Origin: Dendrobates tinctorius
Lineage: Eukaryota
Direction of reading: 5' to 3'
Assembly: GCF_039654945.1 (NCBI RefSeq)
Contig: NW_027361732.1
Location: forward strand, 12,090,001 to 12,154,000
DNA length: 64,000 bases
The notes below the pieces were generated by a model. That model did not search any database. It saw only the letters and a list, made by a program, of their open reading frames with translations, and had not been told where the DNA came from. The position numbers and the translations under genes were made by a program. Below are positions 38,791 through 51,959 of the stretch, piece after piece. Each line of letters opens with the position of its first letter. Position 1 is the first letter of the stretch.

Positions 38791-39846
38791 TCATTTTAGC
38801 GACAATAATTCTAGTTTTTGTTTTATTACCCAATATGTTGCTTTAGAATACCATACCTGCTGAATTAACAGGAGCATGAGCTTTACCAGAGCTGCCAAGT
38901 GTAACTTCTGTAGGGCTCTTAATGGTGGGCTTAATTGAAAAAGGCTGAGTAATATAGAACAAAAAAAATTTACAAATGGAACAACCAATTAGAAGCACAG
39001 TGCAAGGAATAATATGTATTGGAAAAGAAAACAATGCATTGAGCAGAGCTTCTGTGTAAGATTTCATGGAAATGAGATTTTCTGTCTTTTAACAATAAAA
39101 TTTGTACCCCTTCACAACCTCTCACTTATTGATACGTAATAGGTCGTGTCTCTCCCTTTGATGCAGGCTTCGGCTCTGAGCCCTCATCTTTCCCAGCACA
39201 TGACAGCTGATTTAATCAGCTGGAATGTGCCCGCTAACAGCCTCGGGTGGAATCGCGATCCTCCCTCAGCGTCAACATGTTAAATGCCATTGTCAATCAC
39301 TGACAGCAGCATTTAACTTGAACGCGCTGGAAGCGCATCATAAGACCCGCCCATCGGCGCCCCTGTCATGTAAAGATAGGGTACGTAGGTGGCATGCAGC
39401 GTCATGCGCCCCTAGGCGGAGCTAACAGGAGGAGGTGCGGCAGGGGGTGGAGCTTAGCGGCGGCCGTGCGCAGACCGACGCAGGTCAGTGCAATGCAAGT
39501 GTCAAAGTAGCCTAAGCTGGAGAGGTGAAAGGTGTTGTAGATACGCTCACCTGATAGGGTTGTGGCAGTCACAACACCTATAGAAGCTTGTACAGGTTGC
39601 AGCAAGATCACCAAGGAGATACGATGAAATAAATGAGGAATACGGTGGTTTAAAATCTGCGCTGCCGAAGGTTCCAAAAATGCCATCACACACCATGATG
39701 ATCATTGTGGTTCTGTGTTAATGAAGAGGTTTGGAAACCTTGAAACGTGTTGACAAACCGCATTCATGCTTCACCTCCGTGTGTGATTGCATTTTTGGAA
39801 CCTTGGGCAGCACTGATTTTAAACCACTGTATTTTTCATTCATTAC

Positions 39847-40133
39847 TAGTGATGAGCGAGTAGACTCATTGCTCGTGTTCGAGTATTTTAGCTTGCTTGG
39901 AGATTTAGTTTTTGTTGCCTCAGCTGAATGATTTGCAGCTGCTAGACAACCTTGAATACATGTGGGAATTCCCTAACAAACAGGTAACCCCCACATGTAT
40001 TCAGGCTGTCCAACAGCCGCGAATCATGCAACTACGTGGACACAAACTAAATCTCCGAGCACATCCAAATACTCGGAGGACACCCGAGCATGCTCGGGAA
40101 AACCCGAGCAACAAGTATACTCGCTCATCACTA
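39847..40133. mobile_element. hAT-type MITE (same family as 10567-10809)
   Basis: TAGTGATGAGCGAGTA TIRs; 8-bp TSD TTCATTAC/TTCATAAC. Confidence 0.85.
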
Positions 40134-40149
40134 TTCATAACTTCACTTT

Positions 40150-40650
40150 AAGATGTAATCAGTAGGATAAACCCTCCTAGGCCGTCTATATGGGCACATA
40201 GGTCATAGGAAGCTGAATAAAATGATATCTTGATATCTGCGATCTAGTGTTTTATTACAGAAAAATCCACGTTTTTCTTATATTTAAATGATTTGTTCCA
40301 GGCTATGGGCGGACACAGATCTGCATGAGAATCTGCCTCCAGAGATTATTATAGATAAGGGGGCATTACCACTGTGAGACATGTAACTAACACAGAACTG
40401 TAGAATTAAACTTTTTCCTTTTACAAATACATTTCCTGCCACTCTCACAGCTCTACTCTATTGCAGCCCTGTCTGCCTGTAAGATGGAAGGTGAAGCTGA
40501 GAGGACCTGCAGATGTGTCAGATATAATCACACACAGCTCTGCAGGTAGAGCAGCCATTACACATCACACTGGTAACCATTAGATGTCTTACACGAGAAC
40601 CTTCATCTTATATTTATAATAATCTCTGGAGGCAGATTCTCATGCTGACC
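40150..40650. mobile_element. Palindromic T2-type MITE remnant
   Basis: 30-bp perfect IR GCATGAGAATCTGCCTCCAGAGATTATTAT (about 40323 vs 40617). Confidence 0.5.
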
Positions 40651-41587
40651 AATGCTTACATTTCTGTGTTAAAAAATGTGCTAAAAATTCACAAAATCAA
40701 GAAAAAATATTCCAAACACAAAAATGCATCCAAATTATACCAAAATTGTGGCCAAAAATTGCTTTGAGTGGTGATTGTTTAATGGAATTTTTGGCCTGAA
40801 GAATCTTAAAAAAAAAACTTTGTGTTAACATACTCTTATAGCAACTTGCCCAGTGAATGAAGAACAATGATGGCAAATCCTCCCAGCTGTGACCAAGAAG
40901 GAAACTAAGAGAAATGTGATCTATCTTTACATGTGGATCCAACACCCAAAATCAAGTCTCCTGAATAAATAACACTTTGACTAGACCCATGAAAAATGAT
41001 AACAGGAACCCAACAGAAATAATGAGGGAGTTGATTTACGGTAATAACCTGTGTTTGAATTCTTGAGACGGACAGTGTGTGGGTCCGAAGACCAGGCCCA
41101 ACCGCTGGGTTTCTCAACATGAGCCTACTGCTTCATGGGCATATATGTAGCAGTTTGTTCAGTTCAGGAGACCCAGAAGTCTGGTCGTATCTTTTGATCC
41201 AAGCACAGCCTTGTACTTTATATGTGTGAAACCGGCCTAATGAAGAGTTGCCCAGCATGACACGCTTGCTCATCTTTCTGATCACTGCCAGTGTGCCTGT
41301 CTGATTATGAATAGTGACATAAATATTTGCAACACTGCTCTATAAAGAGATCTTTAATGAACCTCTCATCTCTATTTAACGCTCTGTCTGCCAAGATCAA
41401 TTCTGACCGTACCACTCGAATGTAGAGACTGATGGGGAATCCTGATTGTATTGAGGCCACACCAGTTTAGGCAAAAATATTAGGGTATTCTGAAGGACTT
41501 GTAAAAAAGAAAAGTCCAGCTCACCCCGTAGTAGACATCCTTAGGTGTTCGGAGAACTGGGAACACTATGTCAAGGCGTGGAGCAAT

Positions 41588-41795
41588 CAAAACATGAGAA
41601 ATCCAGCTCAGAGAACTAGTAAAAAAAAGTCTTTATTCACCAAAAAGTGCTCAGCAGAGGGTAAAACAACATCAACGTTGACAGTTACATGATATGCGAT
41701 GCCGTCGCTGATGTTGTTTTACTCTCTGCTGAGCACTTTTTGGTGAATAAAGAAGTTTTTTCACCAGTTCATTGACCTGGATTTCTCATGTTTTG
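41588..41795. repeat. ~90-bp-arm inverted repeat (foldback), probably Penelope-derived
   Basis: Arms 41588-41677 and 41706-41795. Confidence 0.8.
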
Positions 41796-43695
41796 TCTAC
41801 TGAAGGAAATACACAAAAAGCAGTGCTACATCTGTATTCATGTATTTTTACATTTTACAGATGAACATTGTCATTAGTGTTATAGAGGACATGAAAGGTA
41901 GTAATTAAAATTTACTATGTCACGTAGTGTTAGATTAAATTAGTTTGTCAAATGCAGCTTCAAGTTTGCTGGCAGTTCCATAATGATGATATATGTCCTG
42001 TATTATTCCAATGAATTACACACATTTTTTTCAATGAGCTACATATCACTCACAGAGTCGGCCTTCCATAACGACAAACAATGCGTTGTAGCGCCTCCTG
42101 AAATGAGTTTTTGCACATATTCCAGTAGTCTAGCTCTGGCTGTTTGGCAGGTGCATGTTCTAGCGGCGGACCCCAGGCTTGTGCTACCGTTGTAATTAGA
42201 TAACTTACGATCAGTTTGGCTTATTCCATAGGGGATAGATTAGGAGGAAAATCTTCAATGCAGAACTTGCCCAGAGCTTAGGGAAATCACAGTGACAATA
42301 TCCAGGGAGCATATTCTTAATTTTTTTTTATTATGTCAACGTCGGTTACCCTTTAACGGATTCCATCCAATGTTTATCATATAGAACAAGTCAGAACAAA
42401 GGGAATGATACTGCATGTGTCCTGTTCATACCAATGCCTGATACCCTATAGACCCTTGTGCACATAGTTCTTATTTTCCTTTACCTACATTTTCCTCTTT
42501 ATCATAAAGCAGGAATCTTGTTTGTGCTTACACTAAAAGCCTGTTTATTCTTATTATTCAACCCAACAAATGGGTCACAGCCTGAGATTATAAAGCGCAT
42601 ATTCCCCTCTAGGGGCTGGCAATGTAGGGGGTTATGTAGTCAGAGGGGTAAGAGTATCACTGTATTTTGTTGGTGAAGAACTCGTATTCGAACAGTTTAT
42701 GGAACTGTATAGCATTATACTGCAAGAACTACGTAGCACTGTTATGGCGAAATTATTCCATACAGTACTCAGAATACATTTATTACTAGCCACACTTGAT
42801 CAATGCAGTGTTACAGGTATAGCTCAGGACTATATCATGTATTTCCTATGATCCACCGACACAGTCCGAAATGGAAATAAGCTAAATGTCATATAGAAGC
42901 TGCAGATCAGCCCCAAATGAATTAATCACAACATTAAAAAAAAATTAATTTTATAAGTTTTGAAATTTTGTGTGTGCATAGATAGATAGATAGATATATA
43001 TATATATATATATTTGTTTTAATAATGTTACATTCGGTATAGAAAACAATTCAGCAAATCCCAACAGGACAATGCAGGAAAAAGTCCCCTAAAACAGTGC
43101 AATAAGTCCTAAGCAAAGTCCTAACCATGCATAATATATTCCTCAATAAGTGCACAAGTATATACGGTACTTAAAAAAGAAACTGTACCTTCAACATATT
43201 TTGTAAAAATCAACATTTCAGGAAATTATAAGAAACTTTGTTATCTTATCAGAGAAATGGCTCCCCCCCCCGACTCCTGATCTTACTATTCACTTTGAAA
43301 AAGCAGCTCAAGCTCAGGGGAAACAGATTACAGGGTTGTTACCTTACACAGCCCATTATCATTTATGGAGTGTTGAGGCACATCGAAAGGAAGAGAGACA
43401 GAAATATGTGGTGCAGAGCTCTGTAACAAGTGTTACCTCACATCAGAGCTTGATTAAGACAAGCACAGCTCAGCTCTGGTGTAAAATGTCCTCCATGTTG
43501 CTGCAACTTGTCTCTGTGACCAAAAAGTGAATGTAGAGGAGCTGCAGCGATTTCTCCCATAGACATCTGTGTTGTGATGTCTATGGGAGGAATCGCTGCA
43601 GCTCATCTCTACTCCGCTCCCAGTGGATTGTAAATTACAGATAGAGCATGCAGACTGGAAACTGGTGAGAATACAGGATATAAGTCACATGATGG

Positions 43696-43948
43696 AGGGT
43701 GGCACGGTGGCTCAGTGGTTAGCACTGCAGTCCTGGGTTCAAATCCCACCAAGGGCAACATCTGCAAGGAGTTTGTATGTTCTCCCCGTGTCTGCGTGGG
43801 TTTCCTCCGGGTTCTCCGGTTTCCACCCACATTCCAAAGACATACTGATAGGGAATTTATATTGTGAGCTCCATCGGGGACAGTGCTGATAATGTCTGTA
43901 AAGCGCTGTGGAATTAATTTCGCTATATAAATGAGTAAAATAAATAAA
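43696..43948 (+). mobile_element. tRNA-derived SINE (same family as 36904)
   Basis: A and B boxes, tail AGCGCTGTGG...CGCTATATAAATGAGTAAAATAAAT, and TSD ATGATGG. Confidence 0.88.
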
Positions 43949-45032
43949 ATGATGGCCAGGCCAGAAATGCTGTTATTCCTCATGTACACACACAACACCT
44001 TAATCTAAAAAGTTACTTGGAAACTTGAAGCAAGTTAGAAGCAACGAATGTTCAGATGCAACAGAGGGCAATGACACAATATCCAAGGCATGAGCCAATG
44101 AATAAAATGCTTCACTTGTAGCCCTCACTTGTAGCCCTGCCCTGAGTAAGTTACCTGTGGACATGGTAGCGCAAGAGAACGACAGTCCACAAGTACCTTG
44201 ACGTATGTTTTATGCCTTCATCGAGCCATCAGTCTGAGAACTCCATGTCCTAAATAAACACCTCATTTGTTAATTGGTGTTTCCAATGGGCACAGCATGT
44301 ATAAAGCTGGCACCTGCCCTCCATCAGCGTGACAGAGATGGACAATGTCTGAGAAGATGAAATTCACTCATAATGACTTCCTCCCTGAATGTGACTGTGA
44401 CAGTTTTATAAACACTCATGCACACTGTGTACTGCCCTGCACAATGTTGCATCAGCTATGTTAGAACATGAATGTACCAGTATTACGTATGGCTCAGGTG
44501 AGAGATAAAAAAAACAAACATTCTTCATGAAATACATTTCAGTAACTTTAGATTGCTGTCAAAAAACAATGATGCAAACATTTACTATTGATTTGCATAT
44601 AAAAAGACAAAGACAGAAACATAATAATAATAATAATCTTTATTTTTATATAGCGCTAACATATTCCGCAGCGCTTTACAGTTTGCACATATTTTCATCA
44701 CTGTCCCTGATGGGGATAACAAGCAAATCCACTACAGTAGATAAACTGCAATAGTGCATGAAAATAATAGAGTACTTAGTTAACATAGTTTTGATTTAAG
44801 AAAAATGCAAAAGCCATCCCACCACTTCACGATGACCCTAATCGGGACGGTCTGTATTGCCAAGTTTTTTAACACTAAGGTTCGGATACAGCTTTAAAGA
44901 AGGCTACTGCTTGTGATATAACGCAATTTTATTTGAAGGTACAAAATTAAAGGAATTGTATGATTCGATAGTATGATTGCATACACGTTTGTATATTTTT
45001 TTAAGATACAAAGGTTAAGTACATATAAAGAT

Positions 45033-48000
45033 CAAATCAATCAATCAAATCAAATTTATTATCGCCAAGTACATATTACATATATACAAGGAATTCTTTG
45101 TGGCAAAGAGGCAACATAATATATAACAACAGATACAACAAGTAACATCTAACAAGACAGATACAGTATATAGTCTACACATGACGATTTAATTGTTGAA
45201 CAGAGAGTGGATAGAAGCTGTTCATATGGCGGTTGGTACTGCATTTGGGGACTCTGAAGCGACGTCCTGAAGGGAGTAGTTGGAATGAGGAGTGTCCCGG
45301 GTGAGAGGGATCGGATGAAATTTTCAATGCGTGGGATCGAATACTCTTATCATAAAGATCCTGGATTTTAGGCAGGGGGGAGCCTATAATTCTCTCTGCT
45401 GTTCTGAAAGTCCTTTGTAAGCGGAGTTTGTCATGCGCAGTGGCTCCCCCATACCAGACTATCAGAGAGGAACAAATCACAGATCTGATGACAGCATTAA
45501 AGAATAAGATCAGCAGATTCTTAGACAAACCATATCTTTTCAGCTGACGCAGGAAGAACATCCTCTGTTGTGCTTTTCTTATAACAGCATCCACGTTTTT
45601 CCCCCATTTAAGATCATGAGAGATGATAACACCAAGGAATTTGGTCTCTGTGACCCTAAGAACCACTTCGTCATGGATGTAGATTGGAAGTATCTCATGT
45701 TGATCTTTCCTAAAATCCACAACCATCTCAGCAGTTTTTTCAGTGTTGAGTACAAGATTATTGGCTTTACACCAGTCACATATTCTTTCCACCTCACTCC
45801 GATACAAGTCTTCAGCATTTCCCCTGATGAGACCAATCAGTGTCATATCATCGGCAAATTTCAAGATTTTTACTGAGTCTGCTGAAGAGATGCAATCATT
45901 CGTATAGAGAGAAAACAGTAACGGGGACAAAACACACCCCTGAGGTGCCCCGATGTTTGTGACCAAGGTGTCCGAAGTGAATGGTCCAACTTTTACACTC
46001 TGTATCCTGGCTGTCAGGAAGTTATAAATCCACAAGCATAAGTTGAGAGGGACTCCAAGAGCTACCATTTTCTTATGAAGTAAATTCGGATCAATGGTAT
46101 TGAACGCTGAGCTAAAGTCCATGAAAAGAATCCGGACATATGAGTGCCGTTCATCTGTATGATCCAAAATGTACTTCAGTGCCAGATTGACAGTGTCGTT
46201 TGCCGAACGATTCTCCTTATAGGCAAACTGAAGCGGGTCCCATAGCTTCTGCGTGAATTTTATCAGGTGGGACATCATAATTCTTTCGAAGACTTTCATA
46301 GCTACAGATGTGAGAGCTACTGGTCTATAGTCGTTTAACTCAGAGGATCCCACTTTCTTGGGGACAGGGATAATTGTGGAATTTTTCTAACACTGAGGTA
46401 CAACGCACTCTTTCAGTGACACATTGTATATATTTGTCAGTATAGGGGCAAGCTGGGTAGCACATACTTTCAGACACATTGGAGATACACCATCAGGGCC
46501 AGGTGCCTTTTTGACCTTAAGTCCCTTCAGGATGCGTATCACCTCTGCCTCGGAGATCACTACTTGGGTGTTGCACAATGAATGATCTTTATATGAACAG
46601 ACTGAGGAGCTTAGAGATGAATAGCCACTGTGTGTAGAGCTTGCCTCAAATCTGCAGTAGAATTCATTTAACTCTGCTGCCAGACTTCTGCTGGGGTTCA
46701 CTATAGTGGGGTGGCTTTTATAATTGGTGACCTCTCTTAATCCTCTCCATGCAGATCTAGTATCTTTTGATGAGAACCTTTCCACCAGAATCTTTGCATA
46801 CTCGTGTTTGGCTAACTTGATCTCTTTAGATAGCGAGTTCCTAAGTTTCTTGAATTCAGTAATATCGCCTGCTTTATAAGCCTCCTCTTTTCTCTTACGG
46901 ATCAACCTGACTTTATTTGTAAACCACGGCTTGTTGTTTCCCCGAAAGTGGACAGATTTGGATGGAATAAACGTGTCTTCACAAAAACGGATATATGAGG
47001 ACACTGCATCAACCCATTCATCCAGACCCGAGCATGTTTCCTGGAATACCTCCCAGTCCGTGCATTCAAAGCATGCTTGCAGTTGCAATTTTGCCTCCTC
47101 AGACCATGTCTTCTTTGTATAAACTGTAGGTTTGGATGTTTTCAACCTTTGCCTGTAGGCTGGAATTAAATGAATTAGACAATGATCTGAAAAGCCCACT
47201 GCTGCTCTCCTCACTGCCCTGTAGGCCCCTTTTAAGACAGTATAGCTGTGATCAAGCGTATTGTTCTCTCTCGTGAAGCAGTTTATATGTTGAGTAAATT
47301 TGGGGAGATCCAGGTTGAGTTTTCCTTTGTTAAAGTCCCCCATTACGATCACAAATGCTTCAGGAGATCCTTTCTCCCATTCTGATATTTTGCAAGCTAA
47401 TTCACCAATAGCAGCTTTAACAGATGCTTGAGGGGGAATATATACTGCAACCAGAACCATAGATGAAAACTCTCTTGGAGCGTAAAATGGTCTACAATTG
47501 AGTGCAAGGTACTCTAGATCTGGAGAGCAACCTTTTCCCAGTATGTTAACATCACAGCACCAGCTAGTGTTGATGTAGAGACATACCCCACCCCCCCTTT
47601 GTTTACCTGAAGCTACACAATCACGGTCAGCTCTGTAGATAACAAAACCAGGTAGATCCAGACTACAATCAGGGATGGTGTCATTCAACCAGGTCTCAGT
47701 AAAACAAAGAGCAGCTGAATTGGCCATATCAGATCTCATGTTACAAAGTAAGTTCAGATCCTCCATTTTGTTAGATAAGGAACGGACATTAGCCAAGTGG
47801 AGTGAAGGAAGAGCTGTTCTGAACCCTCTCCTCCGAAGGCGTGCCAGGATGCCTCCTCTCCTACCTCTCTTGCAGTACACCTCCACAGGTTTCACAGAAG
47901 TAATGGATTTTATGTACTCAATTGTTGAATTAGCAATCATGCTCCAAGAAGGGGAGTCCATGAGAAATTGTGGATGATTCCAGAATAATAAATCGTCCCT

Positions 48001-48732
48001 TGAAATCATAAGAGTAGGTTTACAGAGTGCAGTGGCCATGACTACACTCAGCTTGTAGCTAAAAAGACTGAACAGTCACAGCTTAGCAGAGTTAAAAGTA
48101 CAACTTTCCATAAAGGGTGCTCCCAGCACTGCTGGGGGGGAGGGCATGGGTGCAACAAGACAGGGACATCAGGGGACATGCCAACAGTCAGTCCAAACCT
48201 GCCCAGCTCACCCTTTCAGCTCCACCTGGATCACAAGATCTCCAGAACATCTCCAGCACCGCACACTCCACCAGCTTTCCTATCCCGGGATCATCTACAT
48301 GCTGGAAATGGGTACAAGGCAGGTAGCCAGCAGCTTCACTCTCCCAGCTGAAACCAGGCACGGAGCTCCACGAGGACAGAAAGACACCGGTCCCAGCTGG
48401 TCGCAGTCTCCACACTACTCCCAGCTCTGCCGAATCCTGTAGCCCTACAGCTCCATGTGGACCACAAGATCTCCAGAACAACTCCAGCACCGCACACTCC
48501 ACCAGGTTTCCTATCCTGGGATCATCTGCATGCTGGAAATGGGTACAAGGCAGGCAGCCAGCAGCTTCACTCTCTCCCAGCTGAATCCAGGCACGGAGCT
48601 CCACGAGGACAGAAAGACACCGGTCCCAGCTGATCGCAGTCTCCACACTACTCCCAGCTCTGCCGAATCCTGTAGCTACGCAATGGTGAGTGAACCAAAG
48701 GGAGAATTAACAATTAAACGGGGTAAAAAACT
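45033..48732 (-). mobile_element. Apparently full-length Rex1/Babar LINE inserted in the ERV 3' LTR
   Basis: Short-repeat 3' tail (TTGAT-like); AGAT duplicated at both ends relative to the empty site in the 5' LTR; two ~236-bp tandem units in the 5' UTR (48220-48676). Confidence 0.9.
45175..48039 (-). pseudogene. Rex1 endonuclease-RT ORF with one in-frame nonsense codon
   Basis: ORFs 46387-48039 and 45175-46353 are in the same frame, separated by TAG (VVPQC*KNSTIIPVPKK). Motifs ANVRSL, FTETW, GDFN, SDH, DFSSAFNTI, PQGCVLSP, KFADD and KAQQRMFFLRQL are present. Confidence 0.9.
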
Positions 48733-49150
48733 AGATTGAATACATATAATGATTAAGTATAAGTATATATAAAGAATAACTATATACAGTATACTCACAT
48801 CATCAATCACCAAGAGGCTTTTAAACATCATCCGTCTGGAATATCAGAGAAACAACACCAAGACCGAGAACCCCTGGAAGATTCACAACACTGCATGGGC
48901 GTCCCCAATTATGCAGGTATCAACACTGTACACATACAGGTATCCAGTTTTGCTTCAGTCTTAGTCATGTTTCTCTGGCCTTAAATAATAAATCACACTT
49001 ATGTGTAACTTGCTTCACCCAACCCTTTCAGTGGCCAGCCTTCAAGGCCGGATGAAACAGACAACATGGCATCATCAGACAATGGGTCGTAAACCCTAAC
49101 AATATAAAAGCCACATGGATTTAGATAAAACCAACACAGACAGAGGTTAA

Positions 49151-51325
49151 CCCCTTAGCGACTGCCGATACGCCTTTTAACGGCGGTATTTATCTGTACT
49201 AAAACCACAGTGCCACTAATTCACGGCGCTGTGGAGAAAGTGAATAGCGCCCCCCAGTGTCGGATTTCCTCCGGGGTTTCGGCTGCCGGGGGTAGCCGAG
49301 ACCCCAGAGAACATGAATCGGTCGGTTTTTACCGACCCCGCTTTTGCGATCGCCGTTATTAACCCTATAACGGCGACCGCAAAAAAAAAACGTGATTTTA
49401 TATTTAATTTCTCTTTCCTCTGATGTGATCGCATATCAAAGGAGAGAGAAAGCGGGTCACCGATCCCCCCCGGTACCTCTCCGTGGTCCTCTGTCCCCTC
49501 CCGGTGGTCCTGCGTCCCGCCAACGTCCTTCGGTGGGTGCCGCCATCTTGGATCCGGGGAATCTGCCGGCTCCGGCTGGCAGATTCCATTCATTCATTTT
49601 GATCACGATGATAAACTATCATCGTGATCAAAATAAACAAAATAGTACATAATCCCCCCGTTTATCACCCCCTTAGTTAGGCCAATATAACGAAACAAAG
49701 AAAATATTTTTTTTTCAGTTTTCCATTAGGGTTAGGGTTGGGCTTGGGTTAGGGTTGGGCTAGGGTTAGAATTAGGGTTAGGGCAAACTAGGATTAGGGT
49801 TAGAATTAGGATTTGGGATTAGGGTTAGTGGTGTGTTGGGGTTAGGGTTGGAGCAAGAATTGAGGGGTTTCCACTATTTACCAACTTTGGGGGTCTAAAA
49901 ATTGGGTCTAAAAAATCACTTTTGTGGAATTAAGAAAGACTTTATTTTCACGGCTCTGCGTTTATAAACTTCTGTGAAGCGCTTGGGGGTTCAAAGTGCT
50001 CACCACACATCTAGATAAGTTCCTTAGGGGGTCTAATTTCCAAAATGGGGTCACTTGTGGGGGGTTTCCACTGTTTAGGCCCATCAGGGGCTCTGCAAAT
50101 GCAACATGACGCCCGCAGACCATTCCATCAAAGTCTGCATTCCAAAATGGCACTCCTTCTCTTCCGAGCTCTCCCATGCGCCCAAACAGTGGTTCCCCCC
50201 CATATATTTGGTATCGGCGTACTCAGGACAAATCGCACAACAACTGTGGGGGTATGATTTCTCCTGTTACCCTTGTAAAAATAAAAATTTGGGGGCGAAA
50301 AGATCATTTTTGTGGAAAAAAATGGATTTCTTATTTTCACGGCTCTACGTTATAAACTTCTGTGAAGCACTTGAAGGTTCAAATTGCTCACCACACATCT
50401 AGATAAGTTCCTTGGGGGGTCTAGTTTCCAAAATGGGGTCACTTTTTGGAGGTTTCCACTGTTTAGGCACATTAAGGGCTCTCCGAACGCAACATGGCGT
50501 CCGATCTCAATCCCAGCCAATTCTGCGTTGAAAAAGTCAAACGACGCTCCATCCCTTGCGAGCTCTGCCGTGTGCTGAAAAAGTGGTTTACCCCCACATA
50601 TGGGGTATTGGCGTATTCAGGAGAAATTGTACAACAAATTTTGTGGTTGATTTTCTCTTTTAACACTTGTGAAAATAAAAAAAATTGGTTCTGAAGTAAA
50701 TTTTTTGCAAAAAAAAGTTAAATGTTAATTTTTTCCTTCCACATTGCTTTAGTTCCTGTGAAGCACTTAAAGGGTTAATAAACTTCTTGAATGTGGTTTT
50801 GAGCACCTTGAGGGGTCTAGTTTTTAGAATGGTGCCACTTTTGGGTATTTTCTGTCATGTACACCCCTCAAAATGACTTTAAATATAATGTGGTCCCTAA
50901 AAAAAATGGTTTTGTAAATTTTGTTGTAAAAATGAGAAATCGCTGGTCAACTTTTAACCCTTATAGCTTCCTAACAAAAAAAAATTTTGCTTCCAAAATT
51001 GTGGTGATGTAAAGTAGTCATGTGGGAAATGTTATTTATTGAGAAATTTTTGTGACACATCTCTCTGATTTAAGGGCATAAAAATTTAAAGTTTTAAAAT
51101 TGCAAAATTTTTGCCATATTTCCATTTTTTTTCATAAATAAACACAAGACTTATCAAAGAAATTTTACCACTAGCATGAAGTACAATATGTCACGAAAAA
51201 ACATTCTCAGAATCAGCGGGATCCATTAAAGCGTTCCAGAGTTATAACCTCATAAAGGGACAGTGGTCAGAATTGTAACAATTGGCCTGGTCATTAAGCT
51301 GCAAACTGGCTATGTCGCTAAGGGG
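49151..51325. mobile_element. piggyBac-type non-autonomous element in the ERV 3' LTR
   Basis: Perfect 12-bp TIR CCCCTTAGCGAC; TTAA duplicated relative to the empty site CAGAGGTTAAATAAACC in the other LTR; internal ~395-bp tandem units and a TTAGGG-like tract. Confidence 0.9.
49726..49860 (+). repeat. Degenerate telomere-like (TTAGGG/TTGGGC)n tract
   Basis: Read directly. Confidence 0.8.
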
Positions 51326-51959
51326 TTAAATAAACCTTAATGTTTTACAATGACAAACATAGATAAACATAGAACTGATTGTGAAACAACAGTTCTCAAG
51401 ATTGGCACTGGGGGCAGAAATGCAGCTATGTAATATACAGAATGCATTCTATATATTTCAATATGGACTCAAAATAACCATGTTTATATTTGCACTACAA
51501 TCCACCCTTGGCTATTTTGAGCCAAACATTATTTATACAAGGTACCATATAAGTGTACACTGTATACAACAACACAACGCAATGCATGCACAAATTTTAG
51601 CAAAAATTCCTATTGTATATGAAGTTCTGGGTCATATTTTCTTCTTGTATGTCTTCATCTTGAATAGATAGCCCTATCAGCTTTGTCCATAACTGTAAAG
51701 GGGTTGGTACCGCCACCAGACAAGTTTCTAATAGCAGTAGTAGTCTTTTTCATACCAAAATGACTAGTGTTCATCAGCTACGCAAAGTAAATCCATAGAT
51801 TCTGTTTGGTTTTCCATAAAGCTCTATTTTCCATGGTTGGTCTCTCGGTTTTTCATCTGAAGAATTCTTGGGAAGTGGAAGAAGTTGAAAGGACCATGAC
51901 ACTGTGGCTGCAACGATGCACCATTTCCAGATTCTAATCTAAAGGGAAAAATATATATA

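Noticed and set aside
41861-41897. Possible small exon (TTTTACAG...AAAG/GTAGT)
   Set aside because: 37 nt, frame-shifting, weak donor and no similarity to the ENOX1 protein as I recall it.
49726-49860. Chromosome fusion scar or true telomere
   Set aside because: Degenerate, single orientation and enclosed within a TIR element.
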